Below are positions 12,116 to 25,784 of a stretch of DNA of 64,000 nt, one piece after another. Source of the stretch: the human T2T-CHM13v2.0 reference genome, Homo sapiens; the NCBI RefSeq assembly GCF_009914755.1, contig NC_060925.1, one strand, 5' to 3'. Below the pieces are notes generated by a model. The model made no database searches, was not told where the DNA came from, and was given only the letters and a program-made list of their open reading frames with translations. Position numbers and translations under genes: made by a program. The first letter of the stretch is position 1; every line of letters starts with the position of its first letter.

Positions 12116-14439
12116 TCAGAAACTCAAATCTATGTAAAGAAAGGAAGAGCATGAGAGAATGAATAAGTGAAGATAAAATAAAGAAATTTTTCTTATTCTT
12201 AATTGATCTAACAGATGAGTATGTTCAAAATAATAGCAACAATATATTTAATTATATATACTTATGATTCTGTATACATGTTTATGTGTAAGTGAAATAA
12301 ATGAGAGCAATGATACAAAGAACAGAAAGGAGGAATTAGGAATGTTTTGTTATTACAAGGTACTTGCACTACCCATGAAGCAGTAGAGTGTTATTTGAAA
12401 GTGGACTTGAAATAGTTGCAAATGTTTATTGCAAATTTCAGGACAACCAATTTAAAAAGTGAGAAAAGAAGTATATGTGGTATGCTCATAAAGGAGAGAA
12501 AAAGACTCATAATGCTCAAATAAAACTACAAAAGGCAGAAAAAGTTTGCCAGACAAAAATAGGAACAAAGAACAAAAGCAACAAATAGGAAACAGTAACA
12601 AATATGGTATATATTAATCCAAGTATATCAATAATCACTTTAAATTTCAGTGATCTAAGCACACCTATCAAATGACAGAGATTGTCAGAGTGGATCAAAA
12701 ATCAAGACCCCACTATATGTTGTCTACAAGAAACCCACTTTTAAGTATAAAGACACATATAGATTAAAAGTAAATAGAGAAAGCTCTACCACGCTAACGC
12801 TAATCAAAAGAAAGCAGGAGTTGCTATATTAATTTCAGACAGAGCAGAATTTAGAGGAAGGAAAGTTATCAGAGATTTTTTAAAGCATTACATAATGATA
12901 AAGAGGTTAATTCTCCAAGAGGACATAATAATTCTTAATGTGTATGTGCCTAACAACTAAGCATCAAAACACGTAAGGCAAAAACTAGTAGAATAGCAAG
13001 GAGAAATAAGTGAATTCACTATTATAGCTGGAGACTTCAACACTCCTCTATCAGAAATGGACAGATCCAACCAGAAGAAAATCAGTAAGGTTGTAGTTGA
13101 ACTCAATAATACCACCAAACACCACCAGTCAACTGGATATAACTGGCATCTATAGACTGCTTTATCCAACAACAACAGAATACACATTCTTCTCAAGCTC
13201 ACATGGAATATTCACCAAGACTACATTCTGGGTCATAAAACATACCTTAACAAGTTTAAAAGAATATAAATCATACAGTGTCTGCTCTCAGAACACAGTC
13301 AAATTAAACTAGTATTCAATAACAGAAAGATAGAAAATCCTCAAATACCTGGTGATTAAACAGCACATTTCTAAATAACACTTGGGTCAAATAAAAAACC
13401 TCAAGAGAAATGTTAAAATATTTTGAACTAAATGAAAATGAAAATTTAACAAAATTTGTGAGATGCACCAAAAGCAGTGATAATGGGGAAATTTATACAA
13501 TTGAATGGATATATTTGTATATACATTGAATTCATATATTAGAACAAAAGAAAAATTAAAACTAATAAAAGCCTCCACTGTAGAAAACTAGAAAAAGAAG
13601 ACCAAATTAAGTCCAAAGTAAGCCAAAGAAAAAAAACTAATAAAAATTAAAGCAGAAATCAATGAAATTATAAATAGGAAATCAAAACAGAAAACTAACA
13701 AAACCAAAAGCTGGATCTTTGAAAAGATCCATAAAATCAATGAGCCTCTAGCCAGGCTAACCAAGGAAAAAATAGAGAAACACAAATTATTATCAGAAAT
13801 AGAAGATGGGAAATCACTACAGATCTCATGGACATTAAAGGGATAATAAAGAAATATTATTAACAATGCTATGCCCACGAATTTGATATGAAATGGACCA
13901 ATTCTTTGAAAGACACAGCCAAAACTCATACAAGAAGAAACAAACTATCTGAATAGGTATATATTATTAAATAAATTGAATCAATAACTAATAATCTCCC
14001 AAAACAGAAAGCTCTAGGTTCACTGGTGAATTTTACCAAACATTTAAGGAAGAAATCATACCAATTCTCTATCAGAAGATAGAAGCAGAGGGAATATTTT
14101 CTAACTCATTCTATGAACCATTCTCTATATACCAACACTAGACAAAGACATTACAAAAAAAGAAAACTGCAGACCAGTATCTTTATAAGTGCAGATGTGA
14201 AAATCATCAACAACATATGTAAAAAGCCTACAGCTAACATCATACTTAATGATGAGAAACTTGAAGCTTTCCTGCTTTTCTGCTAAGAAAAGAAATAAGG
14301 CAAGGATGTCTCCTTTCACCATTGCTTTTCAGCATTATACATAGAAGCCCAAGCTAATGCAATAAGACAAGAAAATAAAAAGCATATAGATTAAGAAGGA
14401 ATAAATAAAAGTGTCCTTGTTCACAGATGAACACATAAA

Positions 14440-14592
14440 ATGGGAACTCACTTATTACCACAAGGACAGAACCAAGCTATTCATGAAGGATCTGCCTCCA
14501 TGACCCAAACACCTCTCATAGGCCACATCTCCAACAGGGGAGGTCACATTTCAACATGAGATGAGATGGGACAGAACCTCCAAATCGTATTA
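14440..14592 (-). mobile_element. MST-type MaLR LTR fragment
   Basis: 'ggatctgcctccatgacccaaacacctctcataggcc...acatttcaacatgagat'. Confidence 0.7.
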
Positions 14593-15091
14593 ATGACAGT
14601 GGCTTTTTAGATATAGCACCAAAGGTATAATCCACAAAAGAAAAAGTGCATAATCTGGACTCCATTAAAATGTAAAACTTCTGCTAATGGTCTGAGCAGA
14701 GTGTGTAGAGTTGCTGAGCCCACACACTAAATCTGAAAATGACACCAGATTGACAAAGGTCACACCAAGGAAAATGTGTGCTGTTCCTCTTCTCTGTATA
14801 CTTTTTTGTTCATTGAAAATACCTGCTCAACACAGAGAAAACTATCACTTAGGTTCTCAAAACCTGAAGCCACACTTCTGCAGCTTCAGCTATCCAGAGG
14901 AACAAATGCCCCATCAATAAAAGTACTGACTTTTTCCCATAGGATGAAAAACCAAAACCAAAAACACTGATGAAGGTGATAGCCCAGGCCTTCCACTCCA
15001 TTATTAGGCTTATTTGTACCTTTGTCCATTCAACCAGCTTCAAAGGAGGAGGTGTGCAGCTTGTCTTCAGGTTTATGCTCTATCCAAGTTC

Positions 15092-15963
15092 TTTTTTTTT
15101 TTAATTTTTTTAATTATACTTTAAGTTTTAGGGTACATGTGCACAACGTGCAGGTTAGTTACGTATGTATACATGTGCCATGTTGGTGTGCTGCGCCCAG
15201 TAACTTGTCATTTAACATTAGGTATATCTCCAAATGCTACCCCTACCCCCTCCCCTCACCCCACAACAGGCCCCAGTGTGTGATGTTCCCCTTCCTGTGT
15301 CCATGTGTTCTCATTGTTCAATTCCCACCTATGAGTGAGAACATGCGGTGTTTGGTTTTTTGTCCTTGCGATAGTTTGCTGAGAATGATGGTTTCCAGCT
15401 TCATCCATGTCCCTACAAAGGACATGAACTCATCATTTTTATGGCTGCATAGTATTCCACGGTGTATATGTGCCTTTTCTTAATCCAGTCTATCATTGTT
15501 GGACATTTGGGTTGGTTCCAAGTCTTTGCTATTGTGAATAGTGCCACAATAAACATATGTGTGTGTGTGTGTCTTTATAGCTGCATGATTTATAATCCTT
15601 TGGGTATATACCCAGTAATGGGATGGCTGGGTCAAATGGTATTTCTAGTTCTAGATCCCTGAGGAATCGCCACACTGACTTCCACAATGGTTGAACTAGT
15701 TTACAATCCCACCAACAGTGTAAAAGTGTTCCTATTTCTCCACATCCTCTCCAGCACCTGTTGTTTCCTGACTTTTTAATGATCGCCATTCTAACTGGTG
15801 TGAGATGGTATCTCATTGTGGTTTTGATTTTCATTTCTCCAATGGCCAGTGATGATGAGCACTTTTTCATGTGTCTTTTGGCTGCATAAATGTCTTCTTT
15901 TGAGAAGTGTCTGTTCATATCCTTTGCCCACTTTTTGATGGGGTTGTTTTTTTCTTGTAAATT
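15092..15963 (-). mobile_element. L1PA (approx. PA3-PA5) 3' end, 5'-truncated
   Basis: Poly-T then 'ttatactttaagttttagggtacatgtgcacaacgtgcagg'. The ORF2 C-terminus ([15 protein letters not shown]...) appears in the minus ORF 15529-16011. Confidence 0.95.
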
Positions 15964-15964
15964 C

Positions 15965-17350
15965 AATGTGCCAGACTCTATATGAGGTGCTGGGGATACA
16001 TTGGTGGGCAAAAGATGGCACAGTTCCTGCTATCATAGAGCTTATAGTAGAACTAGACAAGAATAGAATAGTCAGAGAAATAAAGTTAAAACTGTGAAGT
16101 ACTTGGGAGAATAAGTGCATGGTGCTGTGTGTAGATGTGGTCGGTGAGGTGAGGAAAGTCTTCTCCAGGATGGTCTAGATCTCCTGACCTCGTGATCCGC
16201 CCGCCTCGGCCTCCAAAAGTGTTGGGATTACAGGCGTGAGCCACTGCACCTGGCCGGCAAGAGATTCTTGAATTGAGATCTGTAAGATTGGTCATAGGTA
16301 ACCAAGTATGTATGAGAACAGGAAAGAATTGGGGAGAAGAGAAAGGGATGTTCAAAAAGAGGAAACAGCAGGATGAAGCAGGAAGAAGCATGGCATCCAA
16401 AAGAAGACCAGGATAGCTGGAGTGCAGATGAGCCTGGAAAGTAGGGCTTTGTAGAGCAGGTTAGGGGTTTTGACTTTATCCTAAGAGCAATGGGGAACCT
16501 TGAAGAGTTGGGGTTTTTGAGGAGGGAGGAGAGTGTGTTGACATAATTATATTTGTGTTTATTTTTTAAAACATTTTTCTGGCTGCAATGTGGAAAACAC
16601 ATTGGAGAAAAGCAATCTATGGAGTTCAAAAAAAAAAACAAAAAAACAAGGCATCTATGGAGTCCAGAGTGGGAGGCTGCAGTGGTCCAAACAAGAGTTG
16701 ATGGTGACACTGGAGTAAAAAAGGGGACAGAGAGAAAGAGGTGTATTTGAGAAGAACTTGTGACGAAAATCAACAGGACTTCATGTTGGAATGGATATGG
16801 GAGCCAACAGGGGGTGAGCTGTTGAAGATGACTTCTGGGTTTTCAACTGGTACAGCTGGGTAGACAGTGGTGGCATTCACTGAGAAAAGACGAGTTCTGT
16901 AAAGATAGGGCATGAGTGTAATTTTAGACATGCTGAGTTCAAAGTGCCTTAACATATCCAAGTAGAAAATTTCAGTGAGCAATTAAATATATAGGTCTGG
17001 TGTTCAGAGGAAATATCTGAGCTGGAAATACAAATTTATGAGCCTTTTTAATATAGATAGGACTTGAATTTGTGAGTGGAGATGAGATAGAGAAAGAAAA
17101 CAAAATTGAGAGAAGAGGCTCTATAGCTGAACACCGAGGAAATTTAAAGTCTTAGTAGAGAAAGATGAAAGAGCAGAAAGACGTAGAAGAAGCCATTAGA
17201 GAGATATGAGGAAAATCAGTAGAATGTGGTGTTCCAAAAGCCAGAGAAAACAGTATTTCAGGAGGCAGGGAGTGCCAAATGTGGCTGAGAAGATAAGGAA
17301 GAGAGAGACTGGAAAATAATCATTGAATATAGAAACACGGAGGAAATTGA
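15965..17350 (-). mobile_element. L2
   Basis: 'atgtgccagactct...ggtgctggggataca', 'ttttagacatgctgagttcaaagtgcc', 'tggtgttccaaaagccagagaaaacagtatttcaggagg'. Confidence 0.8.
16165..16255 (-). mobile_element. Alu 5' fragment (91 bp), no tail
   Basis: ccaggatggtctagatctcctgacctcgtgatccgcccgcctcggcctcc...gagccactgcacctggcc. Confidence 0.9.
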
Positions 17351-20300
17351 GAACTTTACAAAGCGCTATAAAGTGAAGACACTTAAGCATGTTTTAACTC
17401 ACAGGAAAGGTCTACTTGTTTGTGAAAAGGAGAATATACAAGTATAAGAGAGAGGAAAGTCTATCTGAATGTGGTAGGACTGGGTTCTCCAGCCCTGGTG
17501 GAGAGACTGGCATGAGACCAAAAGAGTCTCGTGTGGGTTAAGACAGAAGGAACATTGATAGGATAGGAGGATGGGTTTGTATATTTAATGGTGGGAAGTC
17601 AAAGAGTTCCTGTAAGATGACTTCCAGAGGCAAAGCCATCTGTTGAGATTTCAGGGTTTCAAGAGAGTAGAAGCCTGAACTGTTGTGAAATCTAGCAGGC
17701 AATGTGCTAAGGAAACACAACAGGATTACCAAGCATTTCATTTGGTATTAGTGAATTGAGAGCCCATTTGACATTAGTGACTAGAAATTTATTTTGACGA
17801 ATCAATCATTTTCATTTTTTTCATTCCTTTAGCAAATGTTTATTGGGTGGCCTTAGGTGCCAGACACTCTTATAGGCGCTATACTGAGTGTTGTGGAATT
17901 CTAGCAGGACACAGAGAAGGTCAGTAATTTGGTTCACACAGTGATGGAATTTTAGCAAATATGTGGTTCAGAAAGGCAGAGAGCAAAGCATTGGCAGAGT
18001 ATAAGTGGTAATGAGCTGAGGATTCTAAGCAGTTTAGGAAGGAAGTGGGTAGAGAACAATTAGGAGCCAACGCCCAAAAGCACTAGAAGCATATTTGACT
18101 TCTTTAAAAATATAACCCTATGTCACTCTTTTAAATCAAGAGTGCTATCTCTTGGTTTAAAAGAATATTTGATCCTAGCAAATTGTGTCATTCTAAATAA
18201 CAGAGAGGGAAATTCTCTAACAGAAAATGATATTTATTCAGAAATGGGCATTGCAATAGGAATATGGGTGCCATTGTAAACTATGTGTGTATTCAGGGAG
18301 GTAAAGGAAGACAAAGGTCTTGTAAGAAAAAAATGAGGAGGATTACATAATAGTTTTGAGATAATTATCCTTGGCTACAAGGATAAGTAACAAAGGTGGT
18401 GTCAGTCCAAGTTTGGAAAGGCAATTGCTGGGCAGATGTCCTCAAAGAAGTGTTTTCTGTGTAAGGTTGTGATGGCCTTTGTGTGAAGTTGTAGTTTTTG
18501 CAGAATTTTTTGTGGTAGTTTTGTTATCAAGAACTTGTGCGTGAGAATCCTCCCTTTATGGCCTTCCCAAGCACTGTTTTTCAGCTGTTTTTGGTTTTGT
18601 TTTTTTCTTGTTGACACAAGTGACTCTATTTTGATTCTGATAACTTTCACATTTCCCCCCTTTTGATCAAGATCTTTTTCTGAAAGTATCACCATTCAAT
18701 CATCCTGTAGTTAGATTTTCATTGTCCCTTGGTGCCAGGATGTGTCCCAGATTGTTGGTCTGGTCCCATATCAGAAGACGTGATTGGTGAGTAGGAATCT
18801 GTGTCAAAAGCGTTCTAGCCACATTTGAGCAACAAGGGAGGCTTGGAGGAAATGGCTCTCAGGCTAAGTCTACCTGGAATTTATTGCTATGTTCAGTTTT
18901 GTCTATTCCATAGTATTTTGGCCACAATCTCAAAGCACTGGGCCAGCATTATTCTGTTAGGAGTTGTACTTCTGCAGAAATTTAACAAGCAACAGGTACA
19001 AGTTTTAAAAACAAAAATATAAAATAAAATTAATAGTAATATGGTAAATCCAAGTTTGTATAATGGTTTTGAGCCATGAATCCAGTCTTAAAGACAAACA
19101 ATTGAATAAAGCAAATGACCATTGAGAATTAGATGACATCTGTTGTTACTGTGTGACCCATTTAAAAAATTCTGTGGATATGGGCCTCAACTTCCCCAGA
19201 GGAATTTACCCAAGTATAACATGTAGTATTAGTGGAAGCGTAGACTTTTTTTTATTTAAACAATAGATACCTAAGAGGTCATGTTCTTTTAAGTTATGAG
19301 CAGAAGCTGCTGATTGTGAAATCTGAATTACATCATTATCTTGCCAAAGAAAAAGGTAAGCATAAGAAAGGAAAAATTAAGAGGGGCAAGAGTCTCATTT
19401 TGATGGAGTGTCTTGGGAAACGCTGCCTATAGCATGAAGCCATCAACTTCTCTTGGCTTGCAGTTTGAATTCTCTGCTATGGTATCAGGTGGATTGGTGA
19501 ACTTTCTGTGTGGCACAAGACTTGTCCTTCTTTTTTCGGGTATGAGACTTGTCTCTTGAAATTTATATCAAGTTGTCTAGCTTCATCTTCTAAGGCGGCA
19601 AGCACAGAGCAGTTTTTGCTCTTAGTTGGAGAGTTGCAGCCAAATATTGAAGAAAATTAGGAGAATTCAGGTTCTGATCAGATCTACAGGTAGAAGAGAA
19701 GAACTTGAAAACAATGCACAGGGGCACAGCCTAATAATAGGTGTATTATAGTTTTTTTCTTTAGAAACATAACATTTTCTCTCTATAGTCATCCTTATTT
19801 TTACCAAAGATAATCACAGTAAGACTAATTTGTTTGTAAAATATGTTTAGTTTTATCAAATTTTGCCAGCAAGAATAGTGATTTGACCATACGGTAATCT
19901 CAAACTTAAAAACTTCTTGAGGGTAGGAAGCCAAACCAAAGCTGACTTCAGACTTTATCTGTAGTACCTATAAACAATTTAAATATGACAATTTAGTCAA
20001 AACTTTTGTGATAAAACCAATGTTTCCACTTGTATCCCATAATAAAGAGAACAGATTCTTATCAAACTTAAGTAAACAATCATATTGTCATGAATAGTTT
20101 TCCCATTTTGGAGGGATCAGGTAGGAAGAAAAAGTAAATGCTTTCATTTTTGTTCACAAATGTTTACTTTACCAAGCAGCTGTAAACTATAGATGGCTTA
20201 AGACAAAAAGTTTTCTTCAATCTGGAAAACAAAACATTGAGGAAAAGAACCAGCAATGTTTCAAATAAATAGGCTATAAAATTTTTTATCAGTTCATTTA

Positions 20301-20606
20301 ATTTCATGTAATTAATTCTTTTCCTGCTTGAGCTTGATTATTAGTTTCATAAATTTATTAGTTTCTTCATTAGAGTTCTGAAAATTTTTATTTAGTACAT
20401 AATTTTTATTTATTTTATTATCTAATAACTTTGATCTTAAAGTTATTAGAAACTTATATTTAAGACTACTTCTTAGAGTCTTTTCCATGAATCTGATTGA
20501 GTATGTCTTTAGAAAAGAACTCAAACCAGTAACCGTGGATGACAAAAAGATAGAAAACAACCGTGGCTTAAAATCTGATGAAATCAGAAAAATAGAGTGC
20601 AAAGCA

Positions 20607-20649
<43 letters not shown>

Positions 20650-20650
20650 A
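20607..20650. repeat. (TAAA)n microsatellite
   Basis: About 11 TAAA units. Confidence 0.95.
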
Positions 20651-21865
20651 ATTTGATGAAAGTTCATGATAACCAGAAATTGACAAGGAAATTTGGTTAC
20701 TTTGCGGCATACAACATAATAAGAATTCTGACTGATATATTAGATTTCTAAGAGTTTTATATGATCTTGGAACATTCATATCAATAACATACTCATAAAT
20801 GTAACTGAAAAAAGATCTAGCATCACTTATCGTTTGACAATGCTTCCCATACAATTTACTAAATAAACCTAATCATTTAATATCTCTATAAGTTGAGAGA
20901 TACAGTCTTTGAGGCTCTCCAGGGCCCAACTGGAAAAATCACAAAATTAGTTTTAGGTCAGAAAGATTAAACTTAGAACTTGACCCTAGGGAAAACTTTC
21001 AAAAACTGTCAAGAGGCTGAAAACACTTGATCAAAATTAGATTACAGAAAGACTTCAAAAACAATACAGAAAGTTCCATGGATATAAAACAAACCAACAA
21101 AAATCCTTAACCTTTCCAAAGCTCAGTTTTCCTAAATAATCAAAAAACATAATAAAGACAATGTGAAGCACAGGAACTTACAAAAATCTTCATCTTAGGC
21201 CAATTACCAAAAGGGGGAAAGAAAGAAAAAGCTTCCTGCAATATAATTGCTTCTTACTGGAAGCCCGTTTAAATAACCTGGAAGTCTAACCTGATGAAAA
21301 ACTACTTGAATTTAATCAGACACAAGAAGAGTGGGTCCAGTGGTATGAGTTTACATCATATCATAGAAGAAGTAAACAAGAAAACTAGTACCTTGAGCAG
21401 AGGAATACATGGCTCTTTAAAAAAGTGAAAACATGAAATTGCCTGGTTAGATGGAACAATTCAAACATATCAAGAAAAACCAAGATTGCAGAATCAAGAT
21501 ATACTGGAGGGGAACATTGCTTTTCTAGGGCTTCAAGACAAACATTTGAGCATCAGGTCATAACAGCAGAGCTTGAAGTAGAGAAAAAAGTTTCAGGAGC
21601 TGACGAAAAAGTTGAAGGAGCGAGTTATCAACCTAGCCAAGCAAAAAGATGTATCCTCTCAAGGAGGGACAGGAAGAGCAGAAGGCAGTGTTGTATGACC
21701 TCAAATCCTGTGCTGCAAGATACAGCAAAAATTGTACTTCTGAGATATGAATCTGAAAAGCTTCAAGAGGAAAACTTTACCTCAAGAAATGAAATTACCA
21801 TCCTAAATGAAGAACATAGCACTTTTAATTTGAAACTAGGGAAAGTAAATAGACTGTAAAACAGA

Positions 21866-22158
21866 GGCTGGGCATGGTGGCTCACGCCTGTAATCCCAGC
21901 ACTTTGGGAGGCTGAAGCCAGGGGATCACAGGGTGAAGAGACCGAGACCATCGTGGCCTACATGGTGAAACCCCATCTCCATTAAAAATATAAAAATTAG
22001 CTTGGCATGGTGGCGTACACCTGCAGTCCCAGCTACTCAGGAGGCTGAGGCAGGAGAATCGTTTGAACCCGGAAGGCAGAGGTTGCAGTGAGCCAAGATG
22101 GCGCCAGCACTCCAGCCTGGTGACAGAGCAAGACTCTGTCTCAAAAAAAAAAAAAAAA
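21866..22158 (+). mobile_element. AluSc-like inside the ERV internal region
   Basis: Full dimer, 'ccagcctggtgacagagcaagac', poly-A. Confidence 0.9.
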
Positions 22159-25100
22159 GAAGCTGCAGTTTAGAAGATGGCTGAAATTTTACAGAATTAA
22201 AAATCAAAGACTTTCACAAATTTTACTAAGAGCAGATTAGTACTTCAAGAAAACTCTGTTGTTCTAATATAAGAAACCAAAATCTTAGTTTTATATCTTA
22301 GTTGTAAATTAAGTTTTAACTTATAAACTAAGTTATGTATATAATCCTTAATCCTTAGAAAGATATACATAATTCCCTTTTATTTATAGCAAACTTGATT
22401 ACACACACAAAACTCCTTTTATAAAATTCATCCCTCAAAAACCTTTCACGATCTGCACAGACCTTTGATGGCATGCTTAAGCCGTTAGTTTTGTCCTATA
22501 CATTCGCTTTTTAAAATAACAAGTCACCTTAGGATAAAAATTTACTTTCCTTGTTCCCTTGTTATTTTGAAAAATTATTCACTTCTAACATTCCATGCCA
22601 AAAATACATCTTCACACTTAAAACTTTCTTCACATCTCTGTTTCCTACTTACTGGTTCCTTTCTGTCTTGTTTCTATTTCCTTTCTAAATTCGTATTTTG
22701 AAACAATCTTTAAATAACCTCTAAATTAGACAAATTTTTCTTTTTCTCAACAAAGAACATATTTTTATCCCTTTCTTATAACTTCTCCTCCCAAAACACA
22801 TTTTACATTTATTGGTATGCTTTGTATACAGAATTATATATATTAATTAAAATTCAAACTCTTAGTAACATTAATTTCTAATGAAAGTGTAGGAAGCAAG
22901 AAATTTTGAACTGTTCCATATCAGTATTTTATATATAAGAATGATTTTATAATTTTGGAAACATGTTTCCTCATAATTTTAATGTGTATTAATGAACCCA
23001 AATATATTTGTTTTTCTATAAAATTTAAGAAGCCAAGAACAAACTTATATTTGTGTTCAGCAATTTGTTTCAATATTTTATCTTATTTTGAAATGACCCA
23101 GATACTTAATGAGTATCTGTTACTTAATTTAACATAACTTTAAAATTTTAAGTTATCAAAAAGATTTTTTGAAACTAAGAAGAATTAATTTATAAATGAT
23201 TATACCATTTACATTCACCTAATTTGTTTATTTTTAACAATTATAACTATATTACTTATGAAAACTAAGATATTAGACAAGGCTAGTAATTATTTCAGGC
23301 TAATTCCTTGTTAGCCGTTTTTACAGGCTGTGACTATTAAGCATTCCTCACCCAACTAAGAACCATAAAGTTAAATACTTCAGTATCTTGCCAATAACTC
23401 AGAAAATACAGCTGCTTTCATTAAATCAACAATATTAAATTAGTATTACTTATCAAGGAATTACATAAACAAAGATCGTTCTCTTTTTAGGATGGATTCA
23501 TAGTTCTATGACATTCATGTCAAACACTGACTCCTTAAAATATATCTAACAAAGATAAATGTAAAACTGCCTGACCAGTAAACTCAGGCACAAATCTTTG
23601 CTGACAATTCTTAAGACATTTCTGTTTTTATTTTATCAACAATTTTAAAATCAGTTTACTTATCAAACATTTACCCAAGTCAGGTGAACTTAAAAACTTT
23701 GAGGTGGCTATTATGTTTTTGATAACATACTTGATTGAAGTGCTTAATTTTTCCCTTTAATTAATTAATTAATTAGCTCTTTGATATATTTTGGTAGAAA
23801 AATACATACATGCAACATAAAAACATACAGACAACATGAATACATCGAAGCAGATTCTTTAGCTTTCATTTTGAAATGTTAATCATGAGACAGCAAAACA
23901 TAGTAATTTAAACTTACCAGTTTATAAAAGGACAGTTGAATCCAAATTATATTTCTGACAAAATGGGACCTGTTCACATGGCTAAATTTTATTTGCCCTG
24001 ATAGGTGATCTTATGAAGGCTGTGGACCAAAGCTTTGGGTAAAGCAGTTTCCACAGCAGTTTGATTTTTAGAAACCTCTTTTTCTCCTTCAAGTTTTAAA
24101 CTGGTACAGAGGTTAAATATTCAAACATTTTCATTTTAGATAGCACCAACTAAATTGTGTAGAAAAACAAAATATCCCAGTGGCCTTGAATTCCGGCAAT
24201 AAATTTATCTTTTTATTTGTTTGTCTGATTTACTTGATTAGTCGATGCAGGCAGGAAAGCATTTTAGAAAAAGGTATTTAAAGGGTTTTTTTTTCCCCTC
24301 AGCTTTTCCTGGCTCACATACAGCAGACAAAGCAAAATTTTTATGTCAAAGATACCTTCTATTATTCCCCTGAGCTCAAGATTTCGACCTGTTTGATCTG
24401 AGAGCCTAACTTTTGTAAACCTTAATCTAGTTCTTTCCTTCTTAGACTATCTAGCTTTTAATTAACTAAAGCAATTGTTAAATCACCCTAAGCAATTGCT
24501 AGTCAATCAAAACTAAATTAACATTTCCAAAAGGGATGACTCTTAGGTGTACTGGATAGCTTGTTGGCTGTCATGGAACTACTGTAATTTGAAAGCCCTC
24601 TCTTTTTTTGTTATTTTGGCTGAAATGCTCTTTAAAAAACTTGTAAGTAGCTTTGGAAACTAGCAAAATTAGGTTATTTTAATACAAGTGAAAAAGCAGA
24701 TTCAGAGAAGCAGAGATGGGGAAAAAAAGGAGAAAAAAAGAAGTTGAGAGCCTCTACATACCAGCATTTTGTTTTAACCCTATATTTGGTACAAAAAAAA
24801 AAAAAAAAAAAAAAGAAAAAAAAGCTTGGGGAGTTCAAATAACGCCTAAGATGGCCATTGGTTTAAAAACATGCATGAGGAAAAACCATGTAGCTGGCTG
24901 GAGTCCCAGAAAAACTGGCATGCCTTAATGTTTGAGAATCTCGTTTTGTTTCTTATTAATCTCTTGAGAGAAAAGAAATCTATGCATTCTATCAGGGAAT
25001 GTCAGGAGTTTGGTATTTTAGATAGTGGCTTTTAATTGGCCATCTCACACCTACCACTTTGTATGTTTATTTTTGCTCTGGGAAGATGTTCAAAAGCAAG

Positions 25101-25596
25101 CAAGAAGAGAAAAAAAGTACAAGATTCAAATTATTTATAGATGTGCATAACCAGACCAAAATGAAACCAAAATTAGAGTGCTCACAAAAATGTTAAGCCA
25201 GGCATGCTAATCAACCAAAATATCAAACTAGGCATGCAGACCAAAAGTGAATTCACCAGAAGAGACATGCATCACAAACAAAGTACACGTTCTATAAAAA
25301 CCAGAGTACTCGAACCAGAAGAACATTGTCCTTAAACCAGAAAGGGCTTGCCAGAAAAGACAAAAGTTTTTATCATTCCAGGGGGAATGCAAGGTCCATT
25401 ATTAAGGTGGCCTTACAATCAAATCAGATCCCAAATAATGTCCAAAAAACTCACCAAAGGGAGAGAGTCAGAAAATCTGAGAAGAAATTCTCCAGGACCA
25501 AAAAGGCGACTCGTAGAAACGAAGAGCACAAAGGGCTCAGGTGATACTGCTCTCCATTTCAGGGGCTGATAATCTATCTAAGGTGAGCTGACTTAG

Positions 25597-25614
25597 ATCT
25601 CACTTCTGACACCA
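25597..25614 (-). other. Retroviral primer-binding site, tRNA-Leu
   Basis: Minus strand TGGTGTCAGAAGTGAGAT is 17/18 complementary to the tRNA-Leu(CAA) 3' end (ATCCCACTTCTGACACCA) and lies next to the 5' LTR. Confidence 0.85.
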
Positions 25615-25784
25615 TTTATATAATCCTAAATAAGAGAGAGAGAGACTCTCTGAAAGAAAATAATATTTATTTGGGAATGTACATTGCCATGGGAATACAT
25701 TTGCTGTAGTAATCTATGTGCATATTTAGGGAGGCAAAGGAAGCGAACATTTTCTAAAGGAAAAATGAGGAAGATTACATAATT

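Noticed and set aside
15529-16011. 160-aa minus-strand ORF
   Set aside because: It is the C-terminal fragment of L1 ORF2 in a 5'-truncated L1PA, not a host gene.
20312-20854. 180-aa ORF in the ERV internal region
   Set aside because: Runs through a (TAAA)n microsatellite and has no gag/pol/env motif.
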